The notes beneath the pieces were generated by a model. The model did not search any database. It worked only from the letters and a program-made list of their open reading frames with translations, and had not been told where the DNA came from. Of a stretch of 29,314 nucleotides of DNA, positions 21,852-29,314 are shown piece by piece. A program made the translations under genes and the position numbers. Numbering within the stretch: position 1 is the stretch's first letter; each line of letters begins with the position of its first letter. This DNA comes from Tubiluchus corallicola (Eukaryota > Animalia > Priapulida). Where the stretch lies: positions 1-29,314 of the forward strand of contig JAQGDQ010001689.1 of assembly GCA_030141605.1 (NCBI GenBank). The letters are read 5' to 3'.

Positions 21852-23020
21852 GAATTCGAGACCGCGAAACTGAAAAAGTTCTACTAAGAGCGAAGGATCT
21901 GACACTACTGTGTAAAGCAGCAGAATATGCAACTTTGCAAGGTAAAGTCTCATGCCCTGAACACATCAACATGGTGGTGGTGTCCACAAGACTGAAAAAG
22001 AATATGTCACGCCGTTGAACAAAATTGAAAACCAAAACAAGTGGTCCCAAGGACTGTAAGTGCTGTGGGCGAATGCATGCCACGCGAAAAACTCAATGCC
22101 CAGCCAGGGGCAAAGTGTGCAAGTTGTGCCATGAGGAAAATCACTTTGCATGCAAATGCCCTTCAAAATCAAAGAAGTTTGTAAACTGTGTGGCTGAACA
22201 TACTTCAAGTTTTGAAAGTGACAGTGAGATCTGGATTAACACTGTCATGACTGATCAACTCGCAAAAGAAATTTGGTATAAGATAATAGTCAACAATGTG
22301 AAAGTGACTTTCCAAGTTGATACAGGAGTATGTGCGAACATCTTACCAAAATAGTTTGCGAGTGATACTACACATAGAGCTAAAAAACTGAAACTGTGAA
22401 ATGGTAACTCAAATAACACCACTTAGTAGCTGCCAAACCTCACTGTGCAACCCAAAAACACACAAGAAATATTCATTAGAATCTTTAGCAGTGCGAGAAA
22501 ACTTCTAGGTTTGAAAGTAGCTCATCAAATGAATCTCGGGGGAGTAAGTAACAGCCAGCTGGATCATGTTGCATCAGTATCAGTGACTAATAAATTTGCA
22601 GATGTCCTGAATGGTGAATTGGGAACTCTAGACGGACCGCTACATCTTAAAATTTATAAATCAACTTGCCCTGTGATTGTGCCTGCCAGGAGAATACCCA
22701 TAACTGTCATATTACTAAAATATGAGCTCAAATGATTTGTAAAACTCAGCGTTATTATATCTGTAACAGAACCTGCATCGTGAATAAATCAAACATTTGG
22801 TCGTCACAGACAAAAAGAAATCTGGAGATGTTAGAATTTGCACAGACCCACAAGATTTGAATAAGCATAAGCATAAGCATTTTGTGCTTCCTGTCTTGAG
22901 CAATGTACTGCATGAATTTTGTCAGTCTCGTGCAATCTCCAAAGTTGCTCTCTCTTCTGGATAATGGTACACCCAACTAGATGTGGAATCTAGTTATCTC
23001 ACTGCATTTCAGACATGTTA
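21852..23020 (+). mobile_element. decayed Gypsy/Ty3 LTR retrotransposon gag-protease-RT fragment
   Basis: IRDRETEKVLLRAKDLTL (gag); zinc knuckles CKCCGRMH...CPARGKVCKLCHEENHFACKC; protease FQVDTGVCANIL; RT start PVIVPARRIP and KKKSGDVRICTDPQDLNK; multiple stops and frameshifts; no LTRs recognised. Confidence 0.88.
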
Positions 23021-23173
23021 GAACTGACAGTAAGGCACAATAACAATCTTGTGTGTAAGATGTTTATTTAAAATTGAACTCTGTAGTGAATATAAGTGTT
23101 TCTTCTTATTTTTTTAATAAAAAAATGAAATTCTCTTATCATGCTGGAATATGCACAGGTTGCTGATGCACAA

Positions 23174-23299
23174 GTCACAGATCACAACATGTATCTTCTT
23201 TCTACAATGACTTTCAAGTAATGATCTGTGACACCTTAAGAAAATTAACATGTATCTTCTCTCTACAATGACTTTCAAGTAAAGTTTCTTAAGGTGTCA
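23174..23299. repeat. 61-bp-period repeat with inverted middle spacer
   Basis: 36-bp core AACATGTATCTTCTYTCTACAATGACTTTCAAGTAA at 23186 and 23247; the spacer is the reverse complement of the two outer flanks. Confidence 0.8.
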
Positions 23300-24902
23300 A
23301 TGAGCAAGAACAGCAACACACAGTCTATTCAGCACACTAGCTTATGAAGAAGAAGGCATATGTTAAGCTTCTAGACATCACATTGCACACCAAACCAATA
23401 AACCTAAATAAACTGTCCCAGTCCAAAAATTGAGTTTGACAGCCTATTTAACAGTCCCGTCTAATTCAATGCAGGTATTTCGACCCGGACCATCTGGAGA
23501 AACTAAGGAAGAAATTCTGGAAACTGCTAGAGAAAAGAAAAATCAAAATTTTGCCCAAGCAGGACATTCGCTGCCGTTGCATTTTGCAGAAGAGCTAACA
23601 ACTGATCTGGGTAATTCGCATTCTAATTTTCATTTAAAATAAATTATGTATGGCTTTCAAATGCCTGATGAGAACGCTAACTTAAGAAGACGTCACAGAC
23701 CAACAGTGGTACCAGTTCCAAAATCTGTGAGTGTGCTTGGCCCATCCACACTCGAGTTCTAGGACTACATCAGAGGGCTCAAGCAAGTCCCTCAATTTGC
23801 ACTTCGTAGCAGAACTGGGGCACTCGCATTTTGGAACTAGTTTTCATTAAAAAATAAATGTTTATAATTCCTTTATAGGTAGGTACAAATGGAATGCAAA
23901 TGTACAAAAGTAGACATCTCAGGTGAAGACACCAACTGGAACACACCGTAGCAATGAAATTATCTTATTTATCCATATGATTGTGGAGGAGGATATCTGC
24001 CCTCTTTTTTATAGGTAAATATTGGATTTTGGTGGTTTGAAGAATTTATCTCGAGACAAATGTGCAAATGTGGTATGTGGGGCTTTGAAATAAAAAAATG
24101 ATGAATGAATAAAAAAACAAAACAAAATAAATTCTTGTGTTAAGTGGAGCATTCATATCCTACCTCCATTTTGAAATACAGTATTTTGACACCAATAATA
24201 CTGCAAAAGCATTTCTGATAACTAGATGATAGATTAAATTCTTATTAACGGTGGGAACTTCAACAGCACAAACATTCCATGAGCGTGTTGGACGTGTTTG
24301 CCAAAGCGAAAATTGAAGTACAGTGGTATTGTAAGGGATTCAGTGTGTTGTATTTAAAGGGGTAAGGATTTTACTAGTATTGATAAATCCAGTTGTTAGA
24401 AATAAACGTTTTCACTTGCAAATAGTTATCACTTATCACTCAATGTTAGCTTTAAACAGCACAGTGCAAAAAACTAATGACCATTTTTACTCATCTGTTC
24501 CATATACAGGAATGAGAATGTTCCACAAGAATTCTGAGTTTTTGGAAGACCAGTAGTGCCACTTTTGTACATCGCGTAAATTTGTTGAGAAAATTTTTAC
24601 ACACCCAGTACATTATTTCACAAGCTGACCACTAGTTGGCAGGCCGTCACTTTGTTTATATCACGTAAATCAGTGTAACCACGTGTATATCTCTATGTAT
24701 AAAAATATAGAATCAATTGTGCGGAGTTATTAGAGTCGATTGTAGACAGTTTTTATATACTTTTGCATAGGAGCGGCCAGTACTTAGGCATTTTTTAGAC
24801 ATTTTTAGGTATCATTTATCCTTGATAGTTGGGTATTTTAAATTATGCATGAAACAAGGTAATTGATATTTTTACTTAAGTCCACTTAGAGGCTCTCTAT
24901 GG

Positions 24903-25968
24903 TCACAAAATTGCAATTTGTTGCTTCTCCCCTTTGAACCCCCATGGGGACCTACGCACCCCACAAACCTTCGGCCTGTTTCAGAGTTTTTTGGAATTTG
25001 TCATTCTCATCCCTGCATTGACCTCATTGTGTATTTCTTTCAGGTATGTTACGGTTAAATGCAAAGATGGGACAGTGTTTCATGCCAATCATGTAATTAT
25101 CACTATTCCTCTTGGAGTACTAAAAGCTGAAGGTGGAAACCTGTTTGATCCGCCTCTACCTCAGTATAAACTAGATGTGATAAAGAGGTATACATTTCAT
25201 CTCGTTTATTCTAATAAGATAATATAAAATCATGTGCTCTAGGTAAAAACACTGCTGAAAGCTGTGGCTGGAAAAAGAAAGTATTGGGTTTCTTTTTGCT
25301 TTTTTGGAAGTACAGTAACTAACCTGTAGTTTGTTAAAAAGTTTATTGCGTAGCTCAAACTTGTATTAGTTAACATCATTTCACTGGATTGTTCTATTAG
25401 TATCTTTTTAATGGCTCATAATGGAGTAAACGTACTAGTGGGATCGGCTTTACGAGTTTCTCGTGGCAAGTTTATACGAACTCTCCGAAAGTTGCCAAGA
25501 GTTCTCTTCAACAGTAAGCGTAAGCTGACACTCAGCAAAACTCTCTGTAGAAGTCTCTCAGAAAGTTGCTGAGAGTTCTCTCCAACAGTAAGCATAAGCT
25601 GACACTCAGCAGAACTCTCTGTAGAAGTCTCTCTGAAAGTTGCTGAGAGTTCTCTCCAACTGTAAGCGTAAGCTGACACTCAGCAGAACTCTCTGTAGAA
25701 GTCTTTCCAAAAGTTGCTGAGAGTTCTCTCCAACAGTAAGCGTAAGCTGACACTTGACAAAACTCTCTGTAAAAGTCTCTTCGAAAGTTGCTGAGAGTTC
25801 TTTCCAACAGTAAGCATAAGCTGACACTCGGCAAAACTCTCTGTAGAAGTCTCTCCGAAAGTTGCTGAGAGTTCTCTCCAACAGTAAGCATAAGCTGACA
25901 CTCGGCAAAACTCTCTGTAGAAGTCTCTCCGAAAGTTGCTGAGAGTTCTCTCCAACAGTAAGCATAAG
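24903..25968 (+). pseudogene. inverted partial duplication of the oxidase gene (part of intron 2, exon 3, part of intron 3, satellite)
   Basis: 24903-25285 is the reverse complement of 13288-13676; 25292 onward matches from 12641 back into the satellite; the exon 3 copy at 25044-25187 has 4/144 differences and intact AG/GT. Confidence 0.92.
25480..25968 (-). repeat. second 74-bp satellite array, ~7 units, inverted
   Basis: Reverse complement of the intron 3 unit; TAAGCRTAAGC anchor every 74 bp from ~25515 to 25959. Confidence 0.96.
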
Positions 25969-26761
25969 CCACATTTTGAAGAAAGATTATTCTGAAGAGA
26001 GGAATTATTTTATTTCTAAGATATGTTAATGAAGGAGCGATGTTAGTTTATGAAAACTGTAATGAAATTAAGCTGGTATTATTACTCACACGGAACGGAT
26101 ATCCTCAAAACATTTTGTTGACTTTCAAGCTCAGTCAAGGCAAGATTACGTTTCTAGATATCAACACATCAGACCTGGAGCCCAAGCTCAAAACAATGCC
26201 AGGAAAATGAGTTTCGTTTGCTCAGTCTGGTGACAAGTTTTCTTACCTGTATCACATGATAGAGGAGACTTAGATAGAGGTGCTTACTGCCTGGGTGGCT
26301 GTACTAATTTTCGGGTGAGCCTGGGGTGGTACAGGGCCATTTGTGGCACCACCCCAATGAATTTTTGTTAAAGCAAATTGCATGGTCAGCAAGAGGCTAT
26401 TTCATGTTGCGTCCATGTTGGCATTGGACATTTACTTTCTCTAGTGTTATTCTACGGAGCACTGTGTTCATTTGCTTGGTAGTAGAAAAAATTTTGACTG
26501 GCCCATCATGGCGTACTACCCTAAAAGCTCTCTCATCTCGGAATAGCCCGAAAACATGCTTACTGAAATCCTGTTTATTTTTCCTAGATTATTTTCTTTT
26601 ACTTTTGTAAGTTTTCTTTTATCTATACAGTGTTCTGCTCTTGAAATTGCTGTATAAAGTTCCCATATCAGTAGTTATTCAGAAATCGGCAGTAGTTGGG
26701 CAAGGTACATTTTATGAAGCTACTCCCAAGAGTGTGTGTTTGCTTAAATGTACTTATGTTC

Positions 26762-27227
26762 GGTGGGCAGGACATGTGATTCGCATGCCAGACAACCGCA
26801 TACCAAAGAAGATGCTCTATGGAGAACATGTGTTTAGAAAGAGAAAGGTTGTATGACCAAAGAAACGCTTCAAAGACAGCCTGAAGGCCTCACTCAAGGA
26901 GCTCAGCATGGATATCCGCTCAATGGAAACTCTTGCACAAGATCGCTCAGCATGGCGGAGTACCATCACCACAGAGGCTAAGACAGCAGAGGTGAAAAGA
27001 ATTGAGGAGGCAGAGGAGAAGCACAGGAGACGCAAGGCGTGTGACACTGCCCAACAACAGGTCCAAACAGCCAGCCTCACCTGTGCCAAATGACAAAGAA
27101 GTTTCCAGGCCAGAATTGGCCTAGTCAGTGACCTTCGAGCTCATCAAAGGAATGACAACCCCCCAAATTGACCTTTTATCACTGTCACTGGCCATCTTCG
27201 AATCGAAGGACGAACATCATCATCATC
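26762..27227 (+). mobile_element. 5'-truncated RTE (BovB-like) LINE
   Basis: RWAGHVIRMPDNRIPKKMLYGE...PKKRFKDSLKASLK...LAQDRSAWR, degenerate C-terminal zinc finger (TCAK*QRSFQARIGLVSDLRAH), (CAT)n tail; 10-bp TSD ACTTATGTTC at 26752-26761 and 27228-27237. Confidence 0.92.
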
Positions 27228-27339
27228 ACTTATGTTCAAATGTAATGTTTTTTAATTTTACTACACAGCAACATTTTATACCTTACTGAAAGTAGTGCAA
27301 TGTAGATAATCACAGTGATTATCAAAATGTACACTGCAC

Positions 27340-27401
27340 CAGAGCCTATTTCAGCCTAAGCGAGGCCAGGGGAAGTATCCCCCCCCCCGAAATAGGCCCT
27401 G
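27340..27401. mobile_element. 62-bp hAT-type micro-MITE
   Basis: TIR CAGRGCCTATTTC (12/13); TSD CACTGCAC (27332-27339) / CACTGCAT (27402-27409). Confidence 0.8.
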
Positions 27402-28879
27402 CACTGCATCACTTCTGTTGGACAATTATGGCCCATGCGGCCATAGCCAAAAATATGTTAACGTCAGACTTTTCGCGTGTCTTTTTTAATTTTATCAGCT
27501 TAAAATTATCTTTTCCTCTCATCTTTACCCAGTTAAGTAAGATGATCTCATCTTTTCATGAGATGAGACACTCAAGCAGGGTACTCACGCACGGACGGGA
27601 GGCTTATTTTGGCTACAGTAAATGTATCATATAGGTTAGTATTAGCAACAGTGTCATTGCTGGCCTCTTATATGAGTGTCTAATGTCGTCAAGCCTAGGT
27701 TATCATATACGGAAGATAAGGTAAAATGTTAATCACTTAAACCGTTTGCTATGGTTGCTGTTTAGCTTAGCAACGGCACTGACATCAAGGTTAAATCTGG
27801 AAAATAGTTTGTGGAAACTTTAACTTTTATTATAATATGGACCAACAATGGATCTTGATGCAAAAGAGAGAAAGTAGCTTTGTAACACAGTACCCACTTT
27901 TCTGACTAAAAACTATTAATGCAATTATAAAAAACTTATATTTTAGAACTACAGCGCCTCTGGAAGCAGCCATTTTGCTTCAGGTTTTTTCTGTTGCCAA
28001 GCCCAGTTCTTCATTAGGAAGGGTTATCTACTGGATTTAAACATAATTTCAATGTGCTCTGACTAAGTCCATAGCAACCAAAATTTGTGTGTTTGCTAAG
28101 TGTTTTGTAGGAAGCAGCAAAAGACAATGGCTGACATTAACAGCGATTTTCTCAAGATCATGTTTTTCGCTGCGTAGCGTGCACCTCAACTTCAACGTGA
28201 ATTATCTCAGCTTGGGAATAACATAGAGCGATGAGCTTGGTATCAAAATGATCCTCATGAAATGGAGATTCAGGATATGTGAACAACTAGGGAAGCTTAA
28301 CTGCCAACTTATGGACGATTTTGCTATGTAAGCACACATATTATCAATAGTTTTAAGCAGAGAACTTTCTGGAACGTTCATTACGGAAGTAGGCCTGTGC
28401 TAAACTATTTTAGTAAATACTAATCTTAGAGAAGTTTTTATATCACATCATTAAAAATGTCATTATATCCACCACCATTGTCATTGTTGTCTTTCCTTTC
28501 TCACATTCTTTTGATGAAAACAACCCTAATGTAACGAGGAAGCTAGTGCTGCTAGAAGTACTCATGCATTTTTGAGGGAAAACAATAAAAAGATTCATGT
28601 AGCATAAGTGATTTGCAGTGGAAGGGTACCATGCTAAAAGTACAAATAACGTTCGATCTACCGTACTTGCGTGTACGTGTAGCGAAATTGTGAAAGGGTA
28701 CAATAGACAAGAAACTTGTTAATTTGTGGTTACTGTTCAAAATTTTCATGTACCTTGTGCTGAATACACGACTTTAAACAATGTGTCATAAATACGGCGA
28801 GGAAGGGTTAAACCTGACGGTATCCAAATTTGACTGTACACACCATAATGCCAAAAGGCGAACTCATTACCTTACGCAA

Positions 28880-29176
28880 CGACAAAGAATTGACTGCAGG
28901 AGGAAACCTCAAGAAACCTGGTCTATCTCTCGTGACATCCTGGATTAAGACATCATGGGAAGACATATCAAAAGGAATGATCATCAAGAGTTTTTTAAAG
29001 CGAGGCATCAGCAATAAGAAGACGACTTGCTGTGGGATTCAGAGTCAGAAGAAACTGAAGAAACTGAAGAAACAGATGTTCCTGCCTACAGGGACTCTGA
29101 TGATAAATTGACTCAAGAAGAATGGGAACAACTCTTTGGTGTATCTGATGATGAATCGGACTTTGAAGGATTTTAA
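28880..29176 (+). mobile_element. pogo/Tigger-family transposase C-terminal remnant
   Basis: ELTAGGNLKKPGLSLVTSWIKTSWEDISKGMIIKSFLKRGISN, then a frameshift to EDDLLWDSESEE...SDDESDFEGF*, the characteristic acidic pogo tail. Confidence 0.8.
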
Positions 29177-29314
29177 ATAAATATTGTAAATTTTATTTCG
29201 GTATTGTGTTCATAGTTTATTTTACGTTGTCAATAAATGATTTTTATCATGGCCGCACTTGTTCAACAACGTTTGTCACTTACAATGCTTGGTCTGAGCC
29301 GAGAAAAACAAAAT

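Noticed and set aside
27420-28330. Probable DNA-transposon debris (GTTGCTATGG / CCATAGCAAC motifs, short inverted matches)
   Set aside because: I could not define termini or TSDs.

Overview
AT-rich animal (probably invertebrate) genomic DNA, not prokaryotic. The core is an intact 7-coding-exon minus-strand gene (16118->6931, 1452 nt, 483 aa) encoding a flavin-dependent polyamine oxidase of the spermine oxidase/N1-acetylpolyamine oxidase (SMOX/PAOX) family. It was assembled by hand from GT-AG junctions whose phases all agree. Upstream lie a candidate TATA box/initiator and a non-coding first exon carrying two uORFs. Intron 3 holds a ~32 x 74-bp satellite and intron 2 a 34-bp minisatellite. About 11 kb away is an inverted duplicate of exon 3 with intact splice sites, flanking intron and 7 satellite units. 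The rest is a transposon graveyard: hAT-, piggyBac- and Tc1/pogo-type MITEs with TIRs and TSDs, two 5'-truncated RTE LINEs with TSDs, a decayed Gypsy gag-pol and a pogo transposase remnant. I found no clear-cut new biological system; the best leads are the uORF leader and the satellite-linked exon duplicate. Family assignments rest on motif recognition only; no searches were run.
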